Positions 50,410 to 63,020 of a stretch of DNA of 64,000 bases are shown here, piece after piece. Under the pieces are notes generated by a model that was not told the origin of the DNA, did not search any database, and saw nothing but the letters and a program-made list of their open reading frames with translations. The stretch's first letter is position 1. Every line of letters starts with the position of its first letter. The stretch lies in the NCBI RefSeq assembly GCF_006345805.1, contig NC_043016.1:9548001-9612000 (forward strand). Direction: 5' to 3'. Source of the stretch: Octopus sinensis. Its lineage: Eukaryota. The position numbers and the translations under genes were made by a program.

Positions 50410-51570
50410 GAAACATTATGTAAAAAGCATAGATGATGGTGCCACACAAAAGGCACAGGTGATGGAGCCATGTGAGAAACACTGGTTCCACATCAAAAGC
50501 TCTGGCGATGGTGCCTCATGAAATGTACTAGTAATGGTGCCTCGTGAAAGGCACTGGTGCCACGTGAAAAGCACTGGTGCCACATGAAAAGCACTGGTGC
50601 CACGTGAAAAGCACTGGTGCCACGTGAAAGGCATTGGTGCCACGTGAAAGGCATTGGTGCCACGTGAAAGGCACTGGTGATGGCGCTATTTGAAAGGCAC
50701 TGGTGTCACATGAAAGGCACTTGTGAAGGTTCCACGTGAAAGGCACTGGTGATGGTGCCACGTGAAAGGCACTGGTGATGGTGCCACGTGAAAGGCACTG
50801 GTGATGGTGCCACGTGAAATGCACTGGTGATGGTGCCACGTGAAAGGCACTGGTGATGGTGCCACGTGAAAGGCACTGGTGATGGTGCCACGTGAAAGGC
50901 ACTGGTGATGGTGCCACGTGAAAGGCATGGTGATGGTGCCACGTGAAAGGCACTGGTGATGGTGCCACGTGAAAGGCACTGGTGATGGTGCCACGTGAAA
51001 GGCACTGGTGATGGTGCCACGTGAAAGGCACTGGTGATGGTGCCACATGAAAAGCACTGGTGCCACATGAAAAGCACTGGTGCCACGTGAAAGGCACTGG
51101 TGATGGTGCCACGTGAAAGGCACTGGTGATGGTGCCACGTGAAAGGCACTGGTGATGGTGCCACGTGAAAGGCACTGGTGATGGTGCCACGTGAAAGGCA
51201 CTGGTGATGGTGCCACGTGAAAGGCACTGGTGATGGTGCCACGTGAAAGGCACTGGTGATGGTGCCACGTGAAAAGCATGGTGATGGTGCCACGTGAAAA
51301 GCATGGTGATGGTGCCACATGAAAAGCATGGTGATGGTGCCACATGAAAAGCATGGTGATGGTGCCACATGAAAAGCATGGTGATGGTGCCACATAGAAG
51401 GCATCCAGTACACTCTGTAAAGCAGTTGATAGCAAGAAAGGCATCCAGTTGAAAGGCATCCAAACCAAAACAGACTATGGAAGCTTGTGTGGTCACTGGC
51501 ATTCCCAGCTCCTGCCAAGCCATCTAACCCATGCCAGCATGGAAAAATGGACATAAAAATGATGAAGGTG
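50410..51570 (+). mobile_element. Family C copy with an expanded 20/23/26-bp minisatellite (50530-51390)
   Basis: Unit ggtgccacgtgaaaggcactggtgat. Ends with the family C tail ccatgccagcatggaaaaatggacataaaaatgatg. Confidence 0.85.
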
Positions 51571-52128
51571 ATCTTCACAACAAATTTGTATTCCACAAAA
51601 CACAACCGAACCAAGGGTACAAACAAACTCTATACAATGTAAACTACTGCATGACAGGAGGGGGGTGCACAGTCCACCTCGGTACACTAGGTGCTGAACT
51701 GATAGAGATCTCCAAAATACTCTATTATCTGTCAATAATTAAAAGTCTACTCAAAAATTACTAAGTAAACCTACTTAACAGCCACTATTGCAAAATCAAG
51801 ACTGACAAATATAATTATTTAGATACACAAGCAACATTCCTGGTTTAAGTGGTGCACTACCAATCTGTCATAAATGTTCTTTACAGGTAGATAGCAATAT
51901 TACAATAAACGTCTTCTTTTTGATTTACTTAGTATTTTGAAAAGATAAAAATTGGTTAAACCGGAGATAAAAATCTACAGTGAGGGTTAATCATTAAGTT
52001 AAATAAAAACGAGTGAAAGGAAACGATACAAGAAGATTTTTCAATATAGTTTGCAGTGGTTAGTCTAATAACTTCAACTTAGCCATAGTAACTTTATCAA
52101 AGATACTCTGTGACACTATAAATGACAC

Positions 52129-52174
<46 letters not shown>

Positions 52175-52240
52175 TATATAAAAATTCAGGGTGAATACTT
52201 GATAATTGTAAGCACCTGTATATACCATTTGGTGGTAGAG

Positions 52241-52506
52241 TATATTAATCAAAATAAAAACATGATGCCAAAGATTCAGCGGTACATATTATTAGACGGA
52301 TTTATAACAATGCATAATGTGTGTCTATGGCCTTCTTCAGCCAACGTAGAATCTATGATGTAATACATGTCCTTGAAGTAGTAATTGTGCGCGGCTGAAG
52401 AAGGCCATAGACACACATCATGCATTGTTATAAATCTGTCTAATGAAGGCCCGAAACATATGTACCGCTGAATCCTTGGCATCATGTTTTTATTTTGATT
52501 AATATA
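52241..52506. repeat. Foldback with ~100-bp arms and a 50-nt spacer, Penelope-like terminus
   Basis: Arm 52241-52342 is the reverse complement of 52393-52506 except for a short deletion and a few substitutions. Confidence 0.9.
52391..52468 (+). ncRNA. Putative type I hammerhead ribozyme
   Basis: Stem I GCGG/CCGC. Core CUGAAGA (52395-52401). Stem II GGCC/GGCC plus AUAGACA/UGUCUAAU. GAAA (52453-56). Stem III AC/GU with a palindromic AUAU loop. GUA cleavage triplet (52462-64). Folded by hand. Confidence 0.6.
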
Positions 52507-53679
52507 ACTGTAGCGATTAGCCTATTGGAGGTTATTCACTTGTGGTCACAATGCTTTCTTGCATTGATGTAACTTTCCAATGGAAATAACTTTGCAACAA
52601 GACCTGTCCACCACAGTGGATTTTTGTTAATGCTCCATTCCCATCTGAAATAATGTTTCTCTTGTAAAGTGCACCCATGCTGGTGCTACATAGAGTGCCT
52701 GCACAGGTGCCACAAAGTGTGCCCGTGCTGGTTCCACACAAAGAACACCCACGCTGGGGTCACACAAAGAGCACCTGCGCTGGGGCCACATAAAGTGCAC
52801 CTGCACTGGTTCCACAAAGTGCACCTGCGCTGGTGCCACATAAAAAGCACCCATGTTGGTAGAATGTACAAAAGCACCCAGTAGACTGTAAAGTGGTTGA
52901 TGTTAGGAAGGACATCCAGCCACAGATGAAGGCTGGCAGGTATTTCAGCTGAAACGTGTTAACAACAAACAAGATGAGGACAAATATCCATCGAATGTAA
53001 ATAATGGTACTTGTTTTATCAACCCTAAAAGGATGAACAGTTAAGTCAACCTCAGTGGAACTTGAACTCAGAAGATAAAGACAGATGATGAAATGCCACA
53101 AGACATTTTGTTCAATGTGGTAGCAATTCAAGCATATTCTTTATCTGGTATTTATTCTATCAGTTTTATTGATAAATGCTTAAGTTAACTTTTTATGCAT
53201 AGAGACACTACCTGACATATTTTGTTTGCCTACCTGAAAGGATGAAGGGCAAAGTACTTCCAGTACAAAGGCAGATTCTTCTCTGTCTCTAGAAGAAATC
53301 TTCTGTGATCAAATCTGGAGAGGGATGGGTTCTACTAGGTTTAAAATAGACTGAATCATGCCCCGATAGCACCCTTAGGACTCCATCAGAATTTGTAGAC
53401 CAAATGAAGGAAAGACATACATATGACAGGCTTCTACAGAGTTTCTATCTACCAAATTCCAGTCACACAGGCTCTGGCCAAATCCAGACTATTCTAGAAG
53501 GGACATTTGTGTGAGATACCAGACAAGAGAATAAAACCATTGTAATTTCAAAGTGAACTTTTTTAAAAATGGAATTTCAGATATGGAAACAAAACCTAGA
53601 ATCGAAGGACCTTAAAGAAAAGTTATCAAAACCAAATGTTTAATAAGTATGAAGAAAGAGAAAATCCTTACCCCCACCT

Positions 53680-54270
53680 TCAAGAAAACGGTCATGCTCC
53701 ATTTGCAAAAGCAGAATCAGTATGAATTCCATAAGGTGTGTCAAGTGAAAACAATAGACACAAGAGGTGTAGTGGGACATGGAAGAGATGCAGTGCTGCA
53801 GCCAAACAGGAAAATTAGATTCCAGACATGGCAGGTGCACTGAGGCAATAAGCACTAAAGAGTGCTCTGGAAATGGATACTTCCAAGCACGGGAGCAGCT
53901 TCCTAGAAGTAGTTGATAGCTTTTAATTAACTAGGTAATATAATTAGCAGTAGGGGAAGATTGTATAAAAGCTTGTTTGTGAAAGGCATTGCTGTACAGC
54001 AGCAAGTCATGGATCTCAAATGTGGAATACCTGCAATGACTTAAAAAGAAATGAGGCACCCATTCTTTACACTGGATCTTCTATGCTTAGTGTGCTTGAA
54101 CAATGAAGCATAAATATAAGAGTAATTAGATGCGGCATACAAGAAACTGTGATGGTATGAGCATGCAACGAAGATGAAGAATGACAGTTGCATAAGCAAG
54201 TTCTGAACGCTTAAAGGAAATAGTACTTGAAGAGGAAGACAAGGCAGATTTGGTATGAGCTATGGAAAAC
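53680..54270 (+). mobile_element. Highly decayed RTE LINE ORF2 remnant
   Basis: Fragments GRLYKS.. and RCGIQE..WYEHATKMKNDSCISK resemble the RTE LRWYGHV-x-RM motif. Many stops and frameshifts. Confidence 0.55.
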
Positions 54271-54663
54271 GTTCTCTACACATTACATCTTATGAAAAAG
54301 AATCACAGAGGCAATAAGCAGTGCTGCAGATTTCATGCAAGCTTCATGAAATACTTGTTAAAACAGTGGAGTAGTGCAGAGGCACACACACACATACACC
54401 CTGCCTATTGCCCATTACATCCCCTCACATCTCCCACTATCTTTTCTACTCACAGTACTTGTTCAACAGCCTTTCTGGTCTCCTCATATCTCTCCATATA
54501 AAGCCATCCATTATTGAAAGGAAAACACCCAAATTGATCATATAGAGTATCTCCCATCCTATTACCACCATCATCACCTTATCTCTCTCTCCCCTCCATG
54601 CATCATTCTATCCACCCGTATATAATATTTGGGTAGCACTGCATCTCCTCCTACTCAACCTAT

Positions 54664-55090
54664 TCCAACATAGGGTGGCGAGTTGGCAGTATCATTAGCA
54701 CACTGGGTGAAATGCTTAGCGGTATTTCATCTGCCATTATGTTCTGAGTTCAAATTCTGCCAAGGTCAACCTTTGCCTTTCATCCTTTCAGGGTCGATTA
54801 AATAAGTACCAGTTACACACTGGGGTCGATATAATCGACTTAATCCATTTGTCTGTCCTTGTTTGTCCTCTCTGTGTTTAGCCCCTTGTGGGTAGTAAAG
54901 AAATAGGTATTTCATCTGCCATTATGTTCTGAGTTCAAATTCAGCCAAGGTCAACCTTTGCCTTTCATCCTTTTGTGCTCGATTAAATAAGTACCAGTTA
55001 CGCACTGAGGTCGATGTAATCAACTGAATCTTTTTGTCAGTCCTTGTTTGTACCCCTCTATTTTTAGCCCCTTGTGAGCAATAAAGAAAT
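54664..55090 (+). mobile_element. SINE family A dimer
   Basis: Head ggtggcgagttggcag.... Junction gtaaagaaatag|gtatttcatctgcc at ~54907. Confidence 0.85.
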
Positions 55091-56629
55091 AAAATCTATT
55101 CCAACATCCTTTTCATTTGCTGACACTCTCACTAACCCCCAAGAACACTGCTTCTTCCTTTTCCTTACTACTATATCCTTCATGGTGAAGACACATGGCT
55201 TAATGGTTAGGATATTGGACTCATGAATGTAAAATCATGGTTTCAATTCCTAGACTGGGCAATGCATTGTGTTCTTGAGCAAAACACTTCATTTCACATT
55301 GCTACAGTCCACACAGGTGGTAAAAATGAGTAATCCTGCAATGGACTGACATCCCATCCAGGGAGGAATATACACACCAGAAAAACCAGGAAACTAGCCC
55401 CTATGCTCCCTACAGAGTAATGTAGACTAACCATATCCTTCAAATATTTGTGTATTACTCTAACCTTTACCACCCTTCCTCTTTACAACAAACCTGATTC
55501 AAGTTGGTTTTAAGAATTTAGTCATAGCAGCCTTAAATACTATACTTAATATAAACCCAGGTGTTGCTGCATGGTGAGAAATTTGCCTCTCAACCATATG
55601 ATCTCAGTTTAAGTACACCTTGGCCTACAGTGGAAAGACAGGGTCTTCTACCATGGCCCTAGGTTAACCCACTCTAATCCTGATGAACCAAGCAACCCAT
55701 GTAGAGACAGAAAGCAGACCTATCCACCCATGACTGGATCGATCTATTCAATCCACCCCATCACTCTTAACATAGTGCTAAGACTAATATTGTTCGTTTT
55801 TTTTTTGTTTCTTTTTTAATGGAAATTTTCAATTCTACCTTTTAAAAAAAAATTATATGAGAAGCTAGGTGCAGGAGTGGCTATGTGATAAGAAGCTTGC
55901 TTCCCAACCACATGGTTCTGAGTGCAGTTTCACTGCATGGCACGTTGGGCAAGTGTCTTCTACTATAACCTTGGGTTCTACTATAAACCTTGTGAGCGGA
56001 TTTGGTACATGCAAACTGTAAGAAGCTCGTCGTGTGTGCCGGCGCGCGCGCGCGTGCCTGCGTATATATATACATACATACATACATACATACATACACA
56101 CATGTATGTATGTGCGTTATGTATCTGTCTGTTCCCCCGCCACTATCGCTTGACAACCGATGTTGGTGTGTTTACGTCCCCGTAACTTGCGGTTCGGCAA
56201 AAGACACCGATAGAATAAGTACCAAGCTTACAAAAAATAACTCTTGGAGACGATTCGTTCGATTAAAGGTGGTGCTCCAGCATGGCCGCAGTCAGATGAC
56301 TGAAACAAGTACAAGAATACAAGAATTCAAAATGGATTAAAATATGAATTCTGGAAGTCTTTTTTCTTCTCGTGTGAGTGGAATTAACACAAGATCCAAA
56401 TAATCTTATCTTTTATTTTTATCCTTGACAGATATATTTAAAGCTAAGTGTAAACTTTAAAGCTAAGAGAAAAAACTATTAAATTACTGCCCTTGTAATT
56501 TATATTGTAAAGAGTTATGTCCCCTTTCAAATCCTTTGTCGAAGAGTTATCTACTCATGACATTAGGTTTTTTTTTTCCTTTTAACTTCAATTACATTTT
56601 TCTATTTATTTTATCGGCAGGTGATCCAT

Positions 56630-57505
56630 TTAACCCTTTCATTACCAACCTGGCTGAAACTGGCTCTGGCTCTGTAGTACAAATGTCTTGTTTTCAAAAG
56701 TTTTGAATTAAAATCTTCCACCAAGCCTTAGTCACAATTTATGTTCCTAACACTAGCTTAATGTTAGTTAGGTTAGTTAGTTAATTTGGCTCAAAAGCAA
56801 ATAGCAAAGGCCATGTAGGGGGACATGGAGTTAAGTACAGGGTGGTGTTCATGTAAAGAGTTCAGGCCACTTGAGGTCAAGGGAGGCTTTGAACAAAGCG
56901 GTCGTCGGCATCTTCACCATCTCGTCTGGCAGCTTGTTCCACGGATCCGCAACCCGGACGGAGAAAGCTCCTCTCCTTCGATTGAGATGAAATCGTCGCA
57001 GGTAGAGCTTTTCGGAATGACCCCGCAGCCGACGCTCCGGAGCAGGAGTGAAGAACAGCTCTTTCGAGAGGTTACACTTCCCGCTTATGATGTTGTGGGC
57101 GAGAATGAGATCACCACGGCGGCGGCGTTTTTCAAGAGAATAAAGGTCGAGCGTCCTCAGCCTTTCTTCGTAGGACCAAATTTTTGAGACCATGAACCAT
57201 GCGGGTAGCCAGCCTCTGGACTCTTTCGAGATGCTGTATGTCTTTGAGGAGATAAGGAGAAGAGGCTTGAATCCCATACTCCAATATGGGTCTCACCAGC
57301 GTGACATAGAGTGGTAGGAATATGGCTGCTGTGAGCATTCCGAATGACCGTCGAATCAAAAACAGAATTCCGCGCGCTTTGTTGGCAGCATGGACGCACT
57401 GGGCCGTTAAAGATAACTAAGTTATTTTATTAAATTCTTTGTTATATTTAAAATTAATTGAAAGAAACACAGAGCATCTCAACAGAAATACGGTAAAAGG
57501 GTTAA
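56630..57505. mobile_element. piggyBac-like MITE interrupted by a CR1 insertion; an intact copy follows at 57529-57757
   Basis: TTAA|CCCT...AGGG|TTAA. The MITE sequence cttaatg|ataactaag is split by the LINE. Confidence 0.75.
56764..57394 (-). mobile_element. 5'-truncated CR1-type LINE (ORF2 C-terminus, one frameshift near 57180, 3'UTR, (TAAC)n tail)
   Basis: LVRPILEYG...LERVQRLATRMV / YEERLRTLDLYSLEKRRRRGDLI...FSVRVADPWNKLP are canonical CR1 C-terminal motifs. Confidence 0.92.
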
Positions 57506-58001
57506 AATATATAATAGAGAAACAATTCTTAACCCTTTCATTACCAATCCGGCTGAAACCAGCTCTGGCTCTGAGTATAAATGTTTTGCTTTCATAAGTT
57601 TCAAATTAAAATCTCCCACCAAACCTTAGTCACAATTTATATTCCTAACACAAGCTTAATGATAACTAAGTTATTTTACTAAATTCTTTGTTATATTTAA
57701 AATTAATTGAATGAAACACAGAGCATCTCAAAATAAATACAGTAACGAAAGGGTTAAAGGATGTATGGAAGGCAGAATCAGTAAGAAAACCTTGCAGCAT
57801 TTCATTTTATGCTCTGTCAGTTCAGATTTTGGAACAGTTTTGGAATGGCTATCATTATTTCATAGGGAAAGTAAAGAATCAGGTGAAGGTTTTTTTTTTT
57901 CATAAAATAATAATAAAATTAAAATTAGCTGTTATTAGTGACCATAGCATAATTAGTTCAGTACGGCATTCTGTACGTCTTACTTAGCGTATATATCTAT
58001 A

Positions 58002-59806
58002 TCTATATATATAAAACTCTAGTTGTGTGAGTGTCTGTCCCCTTCGATTTCGATTCCTAACTACTCCCACATTTTGCGGTGCAGTTTAACCAAATTCGGG
58101 TATCTTATAGTCGTGATTCATATCGAGCCCGTCTGACTATTAGCGCGCGTCAACGATGAGTCTACGATTTTAAAAATAATTTAACATCATTTTTTATTCC
58201 ATTTTAATGCATAAAATGCATCGTATGTCGATGGCGGCGGAGTTGGCGTCCACGCTCACAGCTGCACCTGTTTGCTTCTCCCCCCTCCCTCCCTCGTGAA
58301 GCTGTGGGGAAGGGAGTGTAAAGAAATCAACGTCGTAATGCGTTGTGAAGGAAACCAGCGTTCTTTTAGAACAACGACTTCATGGCTTGAAGACACCAAA
58401 ACAAAAATGGCTAAGAAAGCCCGAATTTATAAGGGGAGTAACTCTCTAAAAATGCTTATATAGTTATTTCCCTTACAAACCCGAGCAACGCCGGCGATAC
58501 TGCTAGTATATATATAAAACTCTAGTTGTGTGAGTGTCTGTCCCCTTCGATTTAGATTCCTAACCCCTCCCACATTTTGCGGTGCAGTTTAACCAAATAC
58601 GGGTATCTTATAGTCGTGATTCATATCGAGCCCGTTTGGGTATTAGCGCGCGTCTACGATGAGTCTACGATTTTTAAAATAATTTAACATTTTTTTTATT
58701 CCATTTTAATGCATATTTTTTCGTGTGTCGATGGCGGCGGAGTTGGTGTCCATGGTCACACCTGTACCTGTTTGCTTCTCCCCCTTCTTCCCTCCCTCGT
58801 GAAGCTGTGGGGAAGGGAGTGTAAGGAAATCAACGTCGTAAAGCGTTGTCAAGGAGACCAGCGTTCTTTTAGAATAACGACTTCATGGCTTGAAGTCGCC
58901 AAAACAGAAATCGCTAAAAAAGCTGAGATCCACAAAAACGGCAATTACCGTCACATAGGGCAGGTTTCCTGTGCAAACAATTTGCACAACCGAATGTTTT
59001 AGTTGTTACACAAATCTTTATATATAAAAGTAAGGTTGTGTGTCTGTCTCCTACGATTTAGATTCCTAACTACTCCCACATTTTGCGGTGCAGTGTAACC
59101 AAAACCGGGTATCTTATAGTCGTGATTCATATCGAGCCCTTCTGGGTATTAGCGCGCGTCTACGATGAGTCTATGATTTTAAAAAAATTTACCATCATTT
59201 TTTATTCCATTTTAATGCATTTTTTCGCTATTATATAAGGGAAGTAACTCTAAAAATGTCTACGATGAGTCAACGATTTAAAAAAAGAATTACCATCATT
59301 TTTTATTCCATTTTAATGCATTTTTTGCTATTTTTTTGCTATAACTCACTAAAAATGCTTATATAGTTATTTCCCTTACAAACCCGAGCAACGCCAGGCG
59401 ATACTGCTAGTCTTTATATATAAAAGTGAAGTTGTGTGTCTGTCTCCTACGATTTAGATTCCTAACTACTCCCACATTTTGCGGTGCAGTTTAACCAAAA
59501 CCGGGTATCTTATAGTCGTGATTCATATCGAGACCTTCTGGGTATTAGCGCACGTCTACGATGAGTCTACGATTTTTAAAAAAATTTACCATCATTTTTT
59601 TTCCATTTTAATGCATTTTTTCGCTATTATATAAGGGAAGTAACTCTCTAAAAATGTCTACGATTAGTCAACGATTTTTAAAAAATTTACCATCATTTTT
59701 TTCCATTTTAATGCATCTTTTTGCTATGTTTTGGCTATAACTCTCTAAAAATACTTATATAGTTATTTCCCTTACAAACCCGAGCAACGCCGGGTGATAC
59801 TGCTAG
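58002..59806 (+). mobile_element. Cluster of four Helitron-like units (58002-58506, 58507-~59014, 59015-59410, 59411-59806)
   Basis: TC...CTAG termini with subterminal hairpin. Exact CTAG|TC head-to-tail join at 59410/59411. Confidence 0.82.
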
Positions 59807-60292
59807 TACTGTATAAAGCCACAACATTGCAGTATTCGCCTTGAGAAAACATCTTGTATAGACGTAGTAGCGATGCTATTGTAATGACTGCGTGATGTGA
59901 GGTGACAAGAATGGTTCTTTTGTATCACATCACACGATAGTTACAATAAAGAGGAATTAAATAGAACAAATTAAATAGACACAACCGCGTAAGAATGATT
60001 AAGAGAACATTAATATATATTTAATGAAAGTGTTGAAATTTCATTGACGGAGAGAGACATCATAAAGGGAAGCAACTCTGTAATTTTATCTTCGCACGAG
60101 CAAATTTTGACTGAAAATTTGTCAAATATTTGACTGTTGTAGCACGGCTTTGTGACAAGAAGCTTGCTTCTCGACCACGTGGTTCCGGCTTCAGTTCTAT
60201 CTCGCTACACACTCGGCAAAATGACCTACTACCGCGCGTGCCGACCATAGCCTTGTGAGCGGATTTGTCAGATGGAAACTGGAAGAAGCTTG

Positions 60293-60350
<58 letters not shown>

Positions 60351-60779
60351 TGAAATAGATGGACGAAAATAGTTCACAGTGGTTGCTCGAAAGAGAGAAA
60401 AAAGCACAAAAAGATCAAGAGAAAGCTTAGAAAGAACGAACCAATAGAAAATGAAGTAGTGTTGATGTTCACGTATGCAATGGTCAAGTCATGCAGGCCT
60501 GGTCAGCCATTAAAGGAGCCACAGGAACTGACCCCTTGAAAATTATGATACAGCTATTGTTCACAATGGAACGTGTGCAGCGTATGGAAAGGTGTGCCTT
60601 TCAGTTGCAGGATTGAAAAAACATGTCAAAAGACTTAATATTGTGGCACTGCTACCTCCACCTGCGCAAATCTTTGGCCAGGCTCAAGAGTCATACAATG
60701 GCCTCAGATTGCATAACCAATGACTCGTTTCAATGGTTCTTTCTAGCAATGGTTTTGCTTGTATACAAGGAAGCAGCCA

Positions 60780-60830
<51 letters not shown>

Positions 60831-60842
60831 ATATACTTAAAA

Positions 60843-61165
60843 TAAGATGACCCGAACACATAAGCAATATGGAGCTATGGCAAAGAACAAATGAAGTTTC
60901 GATTGGGGAGCAAATATTTAAGAAAAAGTGGAAGTGGATTGGTAGCACAATTAGAAAAGACACACCAAATGTAGCGGAAAGTGCTTTACAGTGGAAACCG
61001 GATGGATATAGGAGAGGTAGGCCTAAGAACTTGTGGCATAGATCAACACAAAAGGAACTAGAGAAAGGGGGACATTCATGGCAGAGTACAAGTACAGAAG
61101 CCAAAGATTATGTGACATGGAATTCAACTATAAGTGGCCTATACTCCAAGTTGGAGGGTTAAAGG
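60843..61165 (+). mobile_element. RTE-type LINE C-terminal fragment
   Basis: Reads ELWQRTNE...KKKWKWIGSTIRK...ALQWKPDGYRRGRPKNLW, matching the RTE W-x-WIGHTLRK / RGRPK-x-TW motifs. Confidence 0.8.
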
Positions 61166-61177
61166 CATAAAGAAAGA

Positions 61178-61214
<37 letters not shown>

Positions 61215-61349
61215 GAGAGAGTTAATCCAAACATGAACAAAGAGAAAACAACGCGAGGACATGGAGCAAGTAGTAGTGGTGTGTGTGTGTGTGGTGTGTG
61301 TGTGTGTTGTGTGTGTGTGTGTGTGTGTGTGTTGTGTGTTGTGTGTGTG

Positions 61350-61382
<33 letters not shown>

Positions 61383-61865
61383 GCGCGTGTGACCACCACT
61401 GGACAACTGGTGTTCACTGTCTGCATAACTTAGCAGCCTGACAAAAGAATGATAGAATAAATACCAGGGTCAAACATATATACCTATGTTGATTTGTTGG
61501 ACTAAACTCTTCAAGGCAGTACTCCAGCATGGCCACAGTCCAATGACAAAAAGATATCCTCCACTAAACATTTGATTTGCCAGGGCACAAGGTGAGATTC
61601 AGCAAATGTAGTGTGAAGGTGATTGGATCAACCCCGATGCACAACCAGCTTTTAACCGATTCCACAATGACAGAAATGTAAACAGACAACAATATTTAAA
61701 CCCAAAACATATAAAAAGAAAACTAAATATTTTAAGGAAGGAGTCAGCAACCACCAGGGTGTGGATCATTTTATACTGGTCTGCACAGAGGGAATAATTT
61801 TTTAAATTTTATATCTATTTTATTGACTCCAAAAGTCTACAGTGAATTTTTTAAGCATTGTGTAA

Positions 61866-62130
61866 ATCATCGTCATCGTCATCATTTAACGTCCGTTTTC
61901 CATGCTAGCATGGGTTGGACAGTTCAATCGGGGTCTGGGAAGCCAGGAGGCTGCACCAAGTTCCAGTCTGATCTGGCAGTGTTTCTACAGCTTGATGCCC
62001 TTCCTAATGCCAACCACTCCGTGAGTGCAGTGGGTGCTTTTTACGTGCCACCTGCACTGAAGCCAGTCAAGGCAGTGCTGGCATCGACCATGTTCGGATG
62101 GTTCTTTTTATGTGCCAATGGCACATAAAA
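61866..62130 (-). mobile_element. Family C repeat
   Basis: (CAT)n start and standard core. Confidence 0.8.
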
Positions 62131-62254
62131 GAGCCCGCTGTGGACAACAGTATTCAAGGTGGGGGTCAGGCAAAAGTGGAGCAGAGAAGGATGGCAGTGT
62201 GAGCATCCCTAGACCAGAAGGTTCTCAAAATCCAGGAGCACATCTTGTGTGTGT

Positions 62255-62354
<100 letters not shown>

Positions 62355-62639
62355 CGCGCGTGCGCGCGTGCGTGCTGTTCTAAGATAAAAAAATTTTACA
62401 AAAAAAAAAAAAAAGTACTCCATCTGGTGAGAGATAAATATTAGAGCTACTAATAGTTTCATATGTTAAGAAATACTCATATATACACTAGCCTGAATGC
62501 CACCTGAGAGGCTAGTTAACTACAAAATGTAAATCTCAACACTACCACACCTGAAACGTACCTGTTATAAACTCTTTATCTCGATTTGAATGTATGTGAA
62601 GGTATTTAGAATGCTCAAACTTATTTCTGCAAATGTGCT

Positions 62640-63020
62640 AAGTACTGATGTTGATCAATAAGTGTAGGAGCAAGGTAAACGCAGTAAAAATAGGTGGGGT
62701 CAGTGGGGAACATTTAAGCAGCTCTTCAGGAATTGAGAACCTCCTTACGATACTCCCTGGGAGTTTATGGTATGAAATTCATTGTCATTGTTCTGATTCG
62801 GTCACTAATGCCATGTATTTAGTTTAAAATGCAGTAAAACTAGTAGGGTCAGTGGGGACCCCAACTAGGCGGCCCTTAAAAAAATAGACCCCCTTGGGAC
62901 ATTCCCTGGGATTAGGGGAGTTGTTGGTTTGAGTTTCATTGTCCTTGCACCAACAGTCTAGGAGGAGTTAACAAACAAACGTAACAGACAGAAACATTAC
63001 ACAAATTTATAATAGGATAT
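62640..63020 (+). mobile_element. Helentron/DINE-like non-autonomous repeat (tentative)
   Basis: The 3' motif aacaaacaaac..acagacag aaacattac..atttataataggat resembles the ends of DINE/Lep1-type elements. An internal duplicated gcagtaaaa.tagg.ggtcagtgggga is also present. Confidence 0.4.

Noticed and set aside
50528-51626. WHHH/HVAP repeat ORFs of 260-331 aa
   Set aside because: 26-bp minisatellite open in all three minus frames.
52540-52646. Minus-strand peptide IHCGGQVLL resembling DCGGRIL of AMDHD2
   Set aside because: There is no PGFID afterwards, it runs into a stop, and there is no suitable donor.
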